Source: Chloroflexia bacterium | GTDB lineage: Bacteria; Chloroflexota; Chloroflexia; QHBQ01; JADMIH01 | Length of the DNA: 33,834 nt | Assembly: GCA_034667185.1 (NCBI GenBank) | Contig: JAXDKH010000365.1 | Span: 1-33,834 of the forward strand | Direction: 5' to 3' | Part shown: positions 17,579-27,809 of the stretch, piece by piece | Layout of the letters: every line of letters begins with the position of its first letter | Position numbering within the stretch: position 1 is the stretch's first letter | The notes under the pieces: model-generated | What the model saw: only the letters and a program-made list of their open reading frames with translations | What the model was told of the DNA's origin: nothing | The model's database searches: none | Translations under genes and position numbers: made by a program

Positions 17579-17970
17579 ACAAAATACACATGCAACTTGC
17601 CCTTACTGTTCAACAGTGGGACTTCTTTGCGCCTCACGCTCCCCAATCCGGTTCGAACTCTGTCGACACCTACATACCAATAGTTCCCTAGCTCCTCCTG
17701 CCGGGAGAGCCGGATCGCTGTATCGCCGCGCTCGGCCTGCGTGGTCGCATGCACATGCTTCTAGCCACACGTCTTGTCCTTCATCCACGTCTTCTTACTT
17801 GAGGCACAATTTTTGCTTACGCAGTCGCGTTGCTGGCCTCTTCCGGCTAGCAAGTCACCCGCAGCGGCACGTTAGCGGCAGGCTACGGGGTTCAAGTCTT
17901 CGCGCAGGTCTCACGTACAGGCCTCGGCGGGACTTCTTTTGCGCATGAGGGAGTAGGAGGAGCAAGGGCA

Positions 17971-20900
17971 GTGAAACGATTAATCATAGCTCTGTCGGCG
18001 CTTGTACTGGCGCTGATTGTGATGCGCGTGCAGGCAGGCGAGCCCATGAGCGCGAGTGGGGCCGCGGCACACACCAAGTCGGTCGTGCCTCAGATCCCGC
18101 AGCTTTTCCCCGAGGTGCGGCAGCCCGTCTACTTCGACGAATCTCCGCCCCTGCGCGACATAGTGCCCGTTCTAGAGCCCAACCCCAACGGGCCGACCTC
18201 CAGGCGCGAGGTGGAGCGCGAGAACGGTTTGAAGCCGAGCACCCATACACCCAACTTCGTGAGCATCGACCCGGTGGTGCAGACCTTCTTTGGCCCGCTT
18301 GCCATACCCACACCCATTATTACCTTCAAAGGCTACACCCAGCAGGACAACGCCTCCACCGGGCCCCTCATCAACTGGCCGCCCGATACCGAGGGAGACG
18401 TGGGCCTCAACCACTACTTCCAGTGGGATAATACGGGCTTCAAGATCTTCGACAAGGCCGGTAATCTCCTCTACGGCCCCGCCAACGGCAACTCTCTCTT
18501 TACCGGCATGACCGGTCCCGGTGGGGCTGAATGCGCGGGGACCGACAGTGGCGACCCGATTGTGCTCTATGACTCTATGGCCGACCGTTGGCTGGCGAGC
18601 CAGTTTACGACGGCCCCCGGTGCAGCGGCAGGCCCCACCTACGAGTGCATAGCCATCTCCAAGACCGGCGACCCGACCGGCCCCTACTGGCGCTACGCCT
18701 TCCAGGCAAGCCCAACCGCCTCCCCCAGTCGCTTCGAGGACTACCCACACTTCGGCGTGTGGCCCGACGCCTATTACATGACCACAAATGAGTTCGACGC
18801 CACGACCAATGGCATCGATCTTGTGGGGGCGGGCAATTTCGCTTTCGAGCGAGCAAAGATGATCGCGGGCGACCAGACCGCGAAGATGGTCTACTTCCAC
18901 CTGGACCCACCATACTCCGGCCTGCTTCCCTCCGACCTGGACGGCGCTACGCTTCCTCCGGTGGGCAGCCCCAACTACTTCGTGCAGGTTGATGACGATT
19001 TCGGCAATCCGCCCGCCGACCAGCTTTCCATCTTCAAGTTCCACGTCGATTGGACCACCGTCCTGAGTTCCACCTTTACCGGCCCCGTCACCACTCCGGT
19101 AGCGCCCTTCGACTCCGATTTCTGCGACGCCGATCGCGAAGCCTGCATCCCCCAGCCCGGCACAACCCAGAAGCTGGAGGTTATAAGCGACCGGCTGATG
19201 TACAGGCTGGCTTATCGCAACTTCAACGATCACGAGTCGCTGGTGGTGAACCACACGGTGGATGCCGACGGCACGGGGCACGCGGGCGTGCGCTGGTATG
19301 AGCTGCGCAGCCCTGGTACCTCACCCACTGTCTACCAGCAGGGCACCTTCGCTCCCGACGCGAGCGACCGCTGGATGGGCAGCGCCGCTATGGACAAGGA
19401 CGGCGATATAGCCCTGGGCTACAGCGTGTCGAACGCCACCGACGTCTTCCCTAGCATACGCTACACAGGGAGGCTGGCAGGTGACCCCCTGAACCAGATG
19501 AGCCTGGGTGAAGGTACGCTCTATCCCGGCTATGGGTCGCAGACCGCCAACGCGCGTTGGGGCGACTACAGCATGTTAGGCATCGACCCGTCGGACGACT
19601 GTAGCTTCTGGTATACGCAAGAGTACTACGGGACCACCGGCCAGTACTGGTCGACTCGCATTGGCAAGTTCAGGTTCGCAAGCTGCGGAGCCGACACGAT
19701 AGCCACCGAGACCCCTATACCTGCCCAGGACCCCTGCACCCTGCCCGGCGTCAAAGTGGTCACCGACGGCACGGGCGACGCCCTGGACACCCTGGGTGGT
19801 ACCGGCACCGAGCAGGCGCAAAAGTACGACATCGAGTATATCTCGGTGGCCGAACCCTACACAGCCACGGGACCCGATAACCTGGCGTTTACCATGAAGG
19901 TGACAAGCCTTGCCGGGCCTGAGAACGACCCCTCCACCAGCCCCAACACGACGTGGCGTATCTACTTCACCAGCCCTATGTCGGGCACTCTACGCTTCGT
20001 GGACATGCGCACTGACAACAGCGGCAACGTGACCTTTAAGTACGGCACCACCGTTGGCACCACTAACACGACGGTTGGCAATGCCGACGCGGGCGTGTAC
20101 GGCCTTGACGGCACGATCCGGATTATCGTTGCCACCTCCAAGCTGGGCGGTCTTACCCCGGGCCAGACTATCTCCGCCATCCATGGCAGGGTGATCTTCA
20201 CAACCTCCTCGCCCGGCGCTTCATACGATGTGGAGGACGCCAACTACCCTGAACCGGACAAGAGCGCCACGTACACGCTCGTGGGCAACGCCTCCTGCCA
20301 GGTGGTTGTGGGCGCTACCTCGACCGCCATACCCAGCAGCACGACCACGTCCACATCTACCTCTACGTCGCTTGCGAGCGCCACCTCCACCAGCATACCG
20401 GGCAGCACGTCAACCCCTACAGGTACGAATACGGGGACGGCTACTAGCGTTCCGGCGGGTACCTCCACGGGCACGGCCACCCGCACCGCCACCCGCACAC
20501 CCACTTCCATCAGCACGGGCACAGTGGCAGCGAGCAGCACCCCTAACGCCACAGCCACCGCCTGTACTATCCAGTTCGCTGACGTACCATCTTCGGGCGA
20601 GGGTTCTACCTTCTACGCGTTCGTGCGCTGCCTTGCTTGCCGGGGCATCGTGGGCGGCTACCCGTGCGGCGGTCCTGGAGAGGACTGCAACGACAACAAC
20701 CAACCGTACTACAGGCCGAGCGCTAACGTCACCCGCGGGCAGCTATCGAAGATAGTCGCCAACTCGGCGGGCTTGAATGACGACATAGCAGAAGGCCAGC
20801 AGCAGTTCGCCGACGTTGAACCGGGCGACCCCTTCTACCTCTACGTGGAGCGTCTAGCCCAGACCGGGGCCATATCGGGTTACCCCTGCGGCGGTACGGG

Positions 20901-21234
20901 TGAAGATTGTGACGACCTGGAGAGGCCGTACTTCCGCCCCAACAACCCCGCTACGAGAGGGCAAATATCTAAGATCGTGTCCATAGCGGCCGGCTTCGAT
21001 GAAGAGGTATCGGAGGACCAGCAGACGTTCACGGATGTGCCCACCGACAGCCCGTTCTGGGTGTACATCGAACGGCTGGCGAGCAGAGATGTGATCTCCG
21101 GCTACGGCGAGGCGGCGAAGTGCCCGACAGGTACTCCCTGCTTCCGCTACAACGATCTGACCACCAGGGGCCAGATGGCGAAGATCGCCTCCAACGCCTT
21201 CTTCCCAGGCTGCGAGACGCCTGTGAGGAGGTAA
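17971..21234 (+). CDS. Large secreted surface protein with Thr/Ser-rich linker and three Cys-containing SLH-like repeats
   Basis: Signal peptide, beta-rich body (PPDT.GDVG, GDPIVLYD, DYPHFG, RWGDYS), three F(A/T)DV...TRGQ repeats. GTG start with SD AGGAGG. Confidence 0.85.
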   Translation: MKRLIIALSALVLALIVMRVQAGEPMSASGAAAHTKSVVPQIPQLFPEVRQPVYFDESPPLRDIVPVLEPNPNGPTSRREVERENGLKPSTHTPNFVSIDPVVQTFFGPLAIPTPIITFKGYTQQDNASTGPLINWPPDTEGDVGLNHYFQWDNTGFKIFDKAGNLLYGPANGNSLFTGMTGPGGAECAGTDSGDPIVLYDSMADRWLASQFTTAPGAAAGPTYECIAISKTGDPTGPYWRYAFQASPTASPSRFEDYPHFGVWPDAYYMTTNEFDATTNGIDLVGAGNFAFERAKMIAGDQTAKMVYFHLDPPYSGLLPSDLDGATLPPVGSPNYFVQVDDDFGNPPADQLSIFKFHVDWTTVLSSTFTGPVTTPVAPFDSDFCDADREACIPQPGTTQKLEVISDRLMYRLAYRNFNDHESLVVNHTVDADGTGHAGVRWYELRSPGTSPTVYQQGTFAPDASDRWMGSAAMDKDGDIALGYSVSNATDVFPSIRYTGRLAGDPLNQMSLGEGTLYPGYGSQTANARWGDYSMLGIDPSDDCSFWYTQEYYGTTGQYWSTRIGKFRFASCGADTIATETPIPAQDPCTLPGVKVVTDGTGDALDTLGGTGTEQAQKYDIEYISVAEPYTATGPDNLAFTMKVTSLAGPENDPSTSPNTTWRIYFTSPMSGTLRFVDMRTDNSGNVTFKYGTTVGTTNTTVGNADAGVYGLDGTIRIIVATSKLGGLTPGQTISAIHGRVIFTTSSPGASYDVEDANYPEPDKSATYTLVGNASCQVVVGATSTAIPSSTTTSTSTSTSLASATSTSIPGSTSTPTGTNTGTATSVPAGTSTGTATRTATRTPTSISTGTVAASSTPNATATACTIQFADVPSSGEGSTFYAFVRCLACRGIVGGYPCGGPGEDCNDNNQPYYRPSANVTRGQLSKIVANSAGLNDDIAEGQQQFADVEPGDPFYLYVERLAQTGAISGYPCGGTGEDCDDLERPYFRPNNPATRGQISKIVSIAAGFDEEVSEDQQTFTDVPTDSPFWVYIERLASRDVISGYGEAAKCPTGTPCFRYNDLTTRGQMAKIASNAFFPGCETPVRR

Positions 21235-21271
21235 ACGACTCCCCATTCTGCCAGCGCGCGGAGAGGGATCT

Positions 21272-21310
21272 AAAACAACAGGAGTGTCAACGTGGCACTC
21301 CTGTTGTTTT
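21272..21310. terminator. Bidirectional intrinsic terminator
   Basis: AAAACAACAGGAGTGTCA-acg-TGGCACTCCTGTTGTTTT. Confidence 0.8.
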
Positions 21311-21412
21311 GTCTTGCTCGGAACAAAGCTGCACTCACTTGCATATTAAGGGTAGTCTTGTGCGCACAGGACAACTTCCGTGGACCCTTATCGTGCGCAG
21401 GGAGAGTGGACC

Positions 21413-22861
21413 ATGTCGAGAATCAGGCGCAAGGCAACTTACCTGGGTATCATTACTATCCTGCTGGCTATGCTGGCGGCCCAATTCGGCGTGCGTGCAT
21501 GGGTGGCGCAAGCCCAGTCTTTACCCGGCAGCGGCAGCCGCACCTTCCCTGAGACGGGCAAGACGGTCACCGGCATATTTCTGGAGTACTGGAACAAGAA
21601 CGGCGGCCTCCCTCAGCAGGGGTTCCCTATCTCGCAGCTTATGAACGAGGTCTCAGACCTGGACGGCAAGACGTACACGGTGCAGTACTTCGAGCGTGCC
21701 GAGTTCGAATACCACCCGGAGAACAAGCCTCCTTATGATGTGCTGTTGTCGCAATTGGGCACCTTCCAGTACAAACAGAAGTACCCTAACGTTGCGCCCA
21801 ACCAACTGCCAAACAACAGCCCCGGCTCACAACTCTTCCCTGAAACGAGCAAGCACGTTGGTGGTAAGTTCCTGGAGTACTGGCGCTCCCACGGTGGCCT
21901 GCCGCAGCAGGGTTTCCCGATTTCTGAGGAGTTCACTGAGAAGTCCGATTTGGACGGCAAGACGTACACGGTGCAGTACTTTGAACGTGCTGTGTTCGAG
22001 ATGCACTCTGAGAACTCTCCCCCTTACAATGTACTCTTGTCGCAACTCGGTACGTTCCAGTACAAGACCAGGTACGCGAGTGGCAGCACTCCTTCGCCCT
22101 CTCCACCGCCGAGCCAAGCTATCGAGGGGCTGTTCGACGTGGGCGGGTACAAGCTGTACATCAGTTGCGCCGGGGAGGGCAGCCCCACCGTGCTGATGGA
22201 GGCGGGGTTGGGTACGGCAACCTCGACGTGGTCGTCGGTGCTGTCCGACCTACGCAAGCTGTCCAAAGTGTGCGTGTACGACCGGGCGAATGTCGGCAGG
22301 AGCGAGCGCGGCCCCGCCCCACGCACCAGCGAGCAGGTGGTCAAGGAGCTACGTGCCCTCCTGGCAAGCGCTAATGTGCCAACGCCTTATGTGCTGGTCG
22401 CGCACTCGCATGGTGGGCTGCACGCGCAACTGTTCGCCAGCAAGTACAGGTCCGAGGTGGTTGGGATGGTCATGATAGACGCTACCCCCTATGACATCGA
22501 CGAGCGCTATGAAGCCGTGATCACTCCTCAGCAGGCGCAGGAACGCAGGGACCTCATCGAGCAAAACCGGGAGGGCGTCACCTATGACGCGGTTACAGCC
22601 AGCTACGCCCAGGTCCGAGCCGCCGGTCCCCTCCCCGAAGTGCCGCTGCTGGTCCTCGCTCACGGACGCACTTTGCAGTACCCGGCGGGATGGCCCGTGG
22701 AAGCCGTAGAGCGTGCCTGGCGCGAAGGCCAGGAGGGCCTGGCGGAACGCTCCCCCAAAGGCAGGCTCATAGTAGCCCAAAACAGCGGGCACTTCATCCA
22801 CCAGGACGAGCCCCAACTCGTAATCAACTCCGTGCGCGAAGTGCTCCAGACTGCACGGTAG
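21413..22861 (+). CDS. Secreted alpha/beta hydrolase with two N-terminal FPET repeat modules
   Basis: Signal peptide; duplicated FPET...GGLPQQGFPIS...VQYFERA..E.H.EN.PPY.VLLSQLG; nucleophile AHSHGG; catalytic His in SGHFIH. Confidence 0.85.
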   Translation: MSRIRRKATYLGIITILLAMLAAQFGVRAWVAQAQSLPGSGSRTFPETGKTVTGIFLEYWNKNGGLPQQGFPISQLMNEVSDLDGKTYTVQYFERAEFEYHPENKPPYDVLLSQLGTFQYKQKYPNVAPNQLPNNSPGSQLFPETSKHVGGKFLEYWRSHGGLPQQGFPISEEFTEKSDLDGKTYTVQYFERAVFEMHSENSPPYNVLLSQLGTFQYKTRYASGSTPSPSPPPSQAIEGLFDVGGYKLYISCAGEGSPTVLMEAGLGTATSTWSSVLSDLRKLSKVCVYDRANVGRSERGPAPRTSEQVVKELRALLASANVPTPYVLVAHSHGGLHAQLFASKYRSEVVGMVMIDATPYDIDERYEAVITPQQAQERRDLIEQNREGVTYDAVTASYAQVRAAGPLPEVPLLVLAHGRTLQYPAGWPVEAVERAWREGQEGLAERSPKGRLIVAQNSGHFIHQDEPQLVINSVREVLQTAR

Positions 22862-22903
22862 GCGAAAATGCCAAGAACAGCGCCAGGAGAAATAAAGAAT
22901 TGC

Positions 22904-23060
22904 ACCGCAGGGACGCAGAGACGCAGAGACGCAGAGGTTACGCAGAGATTGTGATTGATTAGATGAGGGAAGGGGCCACATCGTACTGTACGATGTGGCC
23001 TTTGTTAAAACACCCTCAATTCTTCTCCACGTACCTTTGCGTCCTCTGCGTCTTGGCGGT
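22904..23060. repeat. REP-like nested palindrome: (ACGCAGAG)n arms around a perfect 13-bp palindrome
   Basis: Left arm ACCGCAGGGACGCAGAGACGCAGAG..., right arm ...CTTTGCGTCCTCTGCGTCTTGGCGGT. Inner GGCCACATCGTAC-t-GTACGATGTGGCC at 22974-23000. Confidence 0.7.
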
Positions 23061-23077
23061 TCCGTCTCTTTACGTCA

Positions 23078-23106
23078 TTGCCGCTGCTTACTGCCGGTGC
23101 TATAAT
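23078..23106 (+). promoter_or_regulatory. Sigma70 promoter of the lipid cluster
   Basis: TTGCCG-17 bp-TATAAT with extended TG. Confidence 0.65.
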
Positions 23107-23176
23107 ACTCGCGGTGAGGCATCTCCTTATGCTTTGCCGGGTTGTCTTGTGCGCTATGTGCTGGCGGGGAGTGGCG

Positions 23177-24166
23177 TTGGAGATACTGGTCACGGGGGGT
23201 ACGGGGTTCCTGGGGCGGCACCTGGCGCGGGGTCTGCTGGAGCGCGGGCATGCCGTGCGTCTCATGGGCCGCAACTTCTCCGGCGTCTCGGACCTGCTGC
23301 GCATGGGCGCGGTGCCCGTACAAGCTGACCTGCGCGATAGGGAGGCGGTGACCGCCGCGTGTCGTGGTGTGGAGGCCGTGTTCCACGTGGGGGCGCTCTC
23401 GGCTCCGTGGGGCCTCTCCCGCGACTTCCACCACATCAACGTCGGCGGCACGGCGTCGGTGCTGGAAGGCTGCCGGCAGCATGGAGTGCGCCGCGTCGTG
23501 TACGTCTCTTCTCCAAGCGTGGTGTTCGATGGGCGCGACCACATCAATCTGCGGGAGGACGCGCCCTACCCTCGCCGCTTTGCCTCGGTCTACTCCCTCA
23601 CCAAGAAACTGGGCGAAGACCTGGTGAATGCCGCGAGCCGCGAAGGAAAGCTGGAGACGGTCATCCTGCGGCCCAAGGCGATGTTCGGGCCGGGCGACCA
23701 GTCGCTGCTGCCCCGCCTGGTGGAGGTGGCCCGCCGCAAGCGCCTGCCCCAGATAGGCGACGGCCGCAACCTGGTAGACCTCACCTACGTGGAGAACGTC
23801 GTGCAGGCCCTCATCGCCGCCCTCGACAGTCCTGCCGCCTCCGGCAAGACCTACACTATTACCAACGGCGAGCACATACCCCTCTGGCCCACGGTGCGCA
23901 TGGTGTTGCGGAGGACCGGCCTGCCTGACGACCTGCGCCCCTTGCCTCTGCCGGTGGCCCTGTTTGTTGCGCGCTTGATGGAGATTGGCGGCACGCTGCG
24001 TGGCAAAGAACCCCTGCTGACGACCTACACCGTGGGCATACTCGCCCGTACGCAGACCTACGATATCAGCGCGGCCCGGCGCGACCTGGGTTACCACCCC
24101 ACCATTAGTGTGGCGGAGGGCATAGAGCGCACGCTCGGTGACTTCGAGCAGCAGAAGGCAGCATGA
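23177..24166 (+). CDS. Extended SDR, 3beta-hydroxysteroid dehydrogenase / OleD-like NAD(P)-dependent reductase
   Basis: ILVTGGTGFLG, YVSSPSV, YSLTK, ILRPKAMFGPGD, DLTYVENV. TTG start follows GGGGAG; the track start at 23078 lies within the promoter. Confidence 0.85.
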   Translation: MEILVTGGTGFLGRHLARGLLERGHAVRLMGRNFSGVSDLLRMGAVPVQADLRDREAVTAACRGVEAVFHVGALSAPWGLSRDFHHINVGGTASVLEGCRQHGVRRVVYVSSPSVVFDGRDHINLREDAPYPRRFASVYSLTKKLGEDLVNAASREGKLETVILRPKAMFGPGDQSLLPRLVEVARRKRLPQIGDGRNLVDLTYVENVVQALIAALDSPAASGKTYTITNGEHIPLWPTVRMVLRRTGLPDDLRPLPLPVALFVARLMEIGGTLRGKEPLLTTYTVGILARTQTYDISAARRDLGYHPTISVAEGIERTLGDFEQQKAA

Positions 24167-25056
24167 TAGTGACTGGCCCGGCTAGCCCTATCCTCTCCTC
24201 GAACCAAGGTGGTCTCCCTGCCCGTGAGGGTGTGCCTGCTTTGCGCTACTACGTGCTCGATACCGGCTACTGCCTCGCCTCCGAGCACCACATCATGCGG
24301 GGCGGGGAACGGCGCAAAGTGCGGTGCCACTCGATTGTGGCCCTGCTGAGGCACCCTGAACAAGGGTGGTTCTTATGGGATGCCGGGTATGCACCACGCA
24401 TGCTGGAGGCCACTCGTCGCCTGCCTTATCGTCTCTACAGGCTCGCCACGCCACTGCACATTGCTGCGAATTTGGCAGTTGTCGCGCAATTGCCCCACTT
24501 TGGCCTCACTCCGTCGGATATAACTACCATCATCATTTCCCACTTCCATGCCGACCACGTTGCCAGCCTGCGGGACTTTCCCCAGGCGCGTATGTTCGCC
24601 ACCAAAGAGGCGTACGAAAGCGTGCGGACCCGACGTGGAATAAGCGCCCTTCGTCGTGCATTCATCCCATCTCTCCTGCCATCCGACTTCGAGCGTAGGG
24701 CAACACTAATATCTGACTTCGACGGCCCCACCTTGCCGGGACTTGGCCCCACGCACGACCTCTTTGGCGACGGTTCCGCGCTGCTGGTGCGCCTGCCAGG
24801 GCACGCGAAGGGGCAGGTGGGTATGTTGGCGAACACGGAGAGAGGGCCCGTGCTGTTCGCTGCCGACGGTTGCTGGCTTACCCGGCAGGTGCGCGAGCAG
24901 CGGCCCCCTCACCTCATCACCAACTTGTTTGTGGACGACCCCCAAGCTGTGCGCTCCACCATACTGGGGCTGAACATCTTCATGCAGGCCCGCCCCGACG
25001 TGGCGATTGTGCCCACCCACTGCCCTGAGGCGTTTGAGCGTGAGGTGAGTCGGTGA
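24163..25056 (+). CDS. Metallo-beta-lactamase fold hydrolase
   Basis: SHFHADH, PGHAKGQ, AADG, PTH. ATGA overlap with the upstream gene. Confidence 0.9.
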   Translation: MIVTGPASPILSSNQGGLPAREGVPALRYYVLDTGYCLASEHHIMRGGERRKVRCHSIVALLRHPEQGWFLWDAGYAPRMLEATRRLPYRLYRLATPLHIAANLAVVAQLPHFGLTPSDITTIIISHFHADHVASLRDFPQARMFATKEAYESVRTRRGISALRRAFIPSLLPSDFERRATLISDFDGPTLPGLGPTHDLFGDGSALLVRLPGHAKGQVGMLANTERGPVLFAADGCWLTRQVREQRPPHLITNLFVDDPQAVRSTILGLNIFMQARPDVAIVPTHCPEAFEREVSR

Positions 25057-26420
25057 GCCGGGTCGTGCAGGCTCTCACTCTGCCCCTGATCGTGGCCCAC
25101 TTCGCATGGGCGCGGTGGCGGTGGCACTATCTGCGCGGGGCAAGGTTGCGCCGTTACCAGGAGCGACGAGCCCGCCGGATTGTGGCCTACGCGCAAAAGC
25201 ACGCACCCTTCTACCGCCGGCACTGGTCGGGGCACAACACCCTCAAGTGGCGCTCGCTCCCCACCGTGAACAAGCGCCTGATGATGGACAACTTTGGCCG
25301 CTTCAACACGCGGGGTATCGGCAAGGACGAGGCGATGTCAGTGGCTTTGCGGGCCGAGACCAGCCGCGATTTCAGCCCCACATTGCGCGGCCTCACCGTG
25401 GGCCTATCGTCGGGCACTTCGGGGCACAGAGGCATCTTCCTCGCGAACGGCCTTGAGCAGGCGGCCTGGGCGGGCACCATCCTCGCCCGTACCCTGCACA
25501 GACTCCGGCCCCAGCGGCTGCGGGTCGCCTTCTTCCTGCGCTCCAACAGCAACCTTTATGAAAAGATAGGCGGGCTGCTCGTGCAGTTCCATTTCTTCGA
25601 CCTGATGCTGCCGTTAGAGGACGCGGTAGATGCGCTCAACCTGTACCGCCCTCACATCATTGTTGGGCCGCCATCTCTGCTGGGGCTGCTGGCGGACGCG
25701 CACAAGGCACGGCGGCTGCGGATAGACCCTGAACGGTTGGTCTCGGTGGCCGAGGTGATTGAGCCTCAGGACAGGGGCTACATCGAGTCGGTGTTCCACG
25801 CGCCCGTGCACCAGATCTACCAGTGTACCGAAGGGCTGCTAGCGGTAAGTTGTGCACTGGGCTCCCTGCACGTACAAGAAGACCTGGTGGTGTTGCAAAT
25901 GGAGCCACTACCCGGCGATGGCGGGCGTGCTAGCCCCATCGTCACCGACCTGTGGCGCAAGACCCAACCCATCATAAGGTACCGCCTCAACGACGTGCTG
26001 AAGATGCAGCGCGAGCCATGCCCCTGTGGCTCCCCCTACAGGGTGATAGAGTCCATAGAGGGCCGTTGCGACGACATCTGCCACTTCCTGGCCGAGAACG
26101 GCACGCGCCTCTTCTTCCCCGATACAATCCGCCGCATGGTGCTGCTCGCAAGCCCCGACATACTCGACTACCAGGCTTTCCAGGAGCGCCCGGGCCATCT
26201 CCGCGTGCACCTGGAGCTACCACCCGGCGCTTGCTTCGAGGAGGTGGCCTGCCAGGTCCGCGCCAGCGTCGAGGCTACAGTGTCGCATTATGGTTGCTTA
26301 CCCGCTACCATCCAAATCGAGCACGGGCTGACACCCATAACCCCCGGCACCAAGCGCCGCCGAGTAGTAAACCTACAAGCCACAAAACACCAACCAGAGC
26401 AACCCAGTGCCTCTCAATAA
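25053..26420 (+). CDS. F390-synthetase/PaaK-related adenylate-forming enzyme
   Basis: GLSSGTSGHRG, QIYQCTEG, TQPIIRYRLND, EGRCDD. GTGA overlap. Confidence 0.85.
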   Translation: MSRVVQALTLPLIVAHFAWARWRWHYLRGARLRRYQERRARRIVAYAQKHAPFYRRHWSGHNTLKWRSLPTVNKRLMMDNFGRFNTRGIGKDEAMSVALRAETSRDFSPTLRGLTVGLSSGTSGHRGIFLANGLEQAAWAGTILARTLHRLRPQRLRVAFFLRSNSNLYEKIGGLLVQFHFFDLMLPLEDAVDALNLYRPHIIVGPPSLLGLLADAHKARRLRIDPERLVSVAEVIEPQDRGYIESVFHAPVHQIYQCTEGLLAVSCALGSLHVQEDLVVLQMEPLPGDGGRASPIVTDLWRKTQPIIRYRLNDVLKMQREPCPCGSPYRVIESIEGRCDDICHFLAENGTRLFFPDTIRRMVLLASPDILDYQAFQERPGHLRVHLELPPGACFEEVACQVRASVEATVSHYGCLPATIQIEHGLTPITPGTKRRRVVNLQATKHQPEQPSASQ

Positions 26421-27783
26421 CACCAAATCCGTAATCCGCAATCCCAACTCCCAAATCGCCATCATCGCTCTCGGCTCCAGGGGCGACGTTCAGCCGTTCG
26501 TGGCGCTGGGGCTGGGACTGCGTGCCGCCGGGCACCAGGTGCGCATTGCCGCTGCCGCCGATTACGGGCCGCTGGTGGAGGCGTACGGGTTGGAGTTCGC
26601 GCGGCTGGGAGGCAGCATCCGCGAGCTAATGGATTGGGGGTTGGTGTACGACATCCTGGACGCGCCAAGCAACCCTCTGCGCTTCGGCAAGCGCATGTTC
26701 GATGCCCTACGTCCGTTGGTCAGCCGCCTCGTAGCCGATTGCTACAAAGCCTGCGCGGGGGCGGATATGCTGGTGGCGTCGACTCTGGGCGTGTACATAG
26801 CGTATGATGTGGCGCAGGAGATGGATGTTCCTCTCTACGCCGCGCACATGCATCCATACGGCCCCACCCGCGCTTACCCGCAGGTCTTCTTCCCCGAATT
26901 GCCACATTGGGTGCCTCTGCGCGGTCGCTATAATCGCCTGACGCACTGGCTGACGGAGGCTGGCTTTTGGTACTTCCTGGCATCGGGCCTCAACGAAGCG
27001 CGGCGAGAGACGCTGGCGCTACCCCCTATTTCGCGTACCGCCATGCTGCGCCGCGCAACTGAGACCACCGGCCCTACACTGCTTGCCTACAGTCCCGTTG
27101 TAGCTCCGCGCCCGCGCGACTGGCCCTCCCACGTGCAGGTGACCGGCTACTGGTTCGTGGACCGCGCACCCGGCTGGCAGCCGCCGCAACATCTGGTTGA
27201 CTTCCTGGCTTCCGGGCCGCCCCCGATCTATGTCAGCTTCGGCAGCAACCTCGCGGGACGACACCCGGACGAAGTTACTCGCTTGATGGTGAAGGCTTTG
27301 CGGCAGGCGGGCGTGCGCGGGATACTGTCGAGCGCTTGGGGCGACCTCGGCAACATTGACCTGCCGGAAGGCGTGCTTAAGGTGGGGCCGATGCCCCACG
27401 ACTGGCTTTTCCCGCGAGTATCTGCCGTCGTACATCACGGCGGCGCGGGCACAACCGCGGCGGCACTGCGTGCCGGCATACCCTCGGTGGTCGTGCCGTT
27501 CTTCGGCGACCAGCGCTTCTGGGCCAGGCGCGTACACTCCCTCGGAGCCGCCCCCACGCCCATACCACGCCCGCAACTGACTGCAAACCGCCTGGCGCAG
27601 GCGATACGTACTGCAACTTGCAACCCGGCTATGAAGCAGAGGGCAGTCTGGCTAGGCAAGCACCTCGAAAAGGAAAACGGAGTGGCACGTGCCATTGAGG
27701 CTCTTGGACTGAACACACCATGCGAATTACGAATTACAAATTACGAATTACGAGAAGCACCTACTGTAATTCGTAATTTGTAA
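26407..27783 (+). CDS. GT-B glycosyltransferase, GT1 sterol 3-beta-glucosyltransferase-like
   Basis: GSRGDVQPF, YVSFGS, PHDWLFP, HHGGAGTT, PFFGDQ.FW. Confidence 0.9.
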   Translation: MPLNNTKSVIRNPNSQIAIIALGSRGDVQPFVALGLGLRAAGHQVRIAAAADYGPLVEAYGLEFARLGGSIRELMDWGLVYDILDAPSNPLRFGKRMFDALRPLVSRLVADCYKACAGADMLVASTLGVYIAYDVAQEMDVPLYAAHMHPYGPTRAYPQVFFPELPHWVPLRGRYNRLTHWLTEAGFWYFLASGLNEARRETLALPPISRTAMLRRATETTGPTLLAYSPVVAPRPRDWPSHVQVTGYWFVDRAPGWQPPQHLVDFLASGPPPIYVSFGSNLAGRHPDEVTRLMVKALRQAGVRGILSSAWGDLGNIDLPEGVLKVGPMPHDWLFPRVSAVVHHGGAGTTAAALRAGIPSVVVPFFGDQRFWARRVHSLGAAPTPIPRPQLTANRLAQAIRTATCNPAMKQRAVWLGKHLEKENGVARAIEALGLNTPCELRITNYELREAPTVIRNL

Positions 27784-27792
27784 TTCGTAATT
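27725..27792. repeat. Perfect 27-bp inverted repeat made of (GAATTAC) heptamers, overlapping the GT1 3' end
   Basis: AATTACGAATTACAAATTACGAATTAC - 14 nt - GTAATTCGTAATTTGTAATTCGTAATT. Confidence 0.9.
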
Positions 27793-27809
27793 ATCTAAGG
27801 GGGTAGAGA

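Noticed and set aside
17473-17691. Small ORFs here and at 15117-15329 sharing ACGAAVAQATHNRLVVGSNPTG
   Set aside because: They are translations of the duplicated tRNA sequence, not paralogous peptides.
21546-22070. Long direct DNA repeats that might suggest a CRISPR array or a DGR template/variable pair
   Set aside because: An in-frame protein domain duplication with largely synonymous differences; no spacers and no cas or RT genes.
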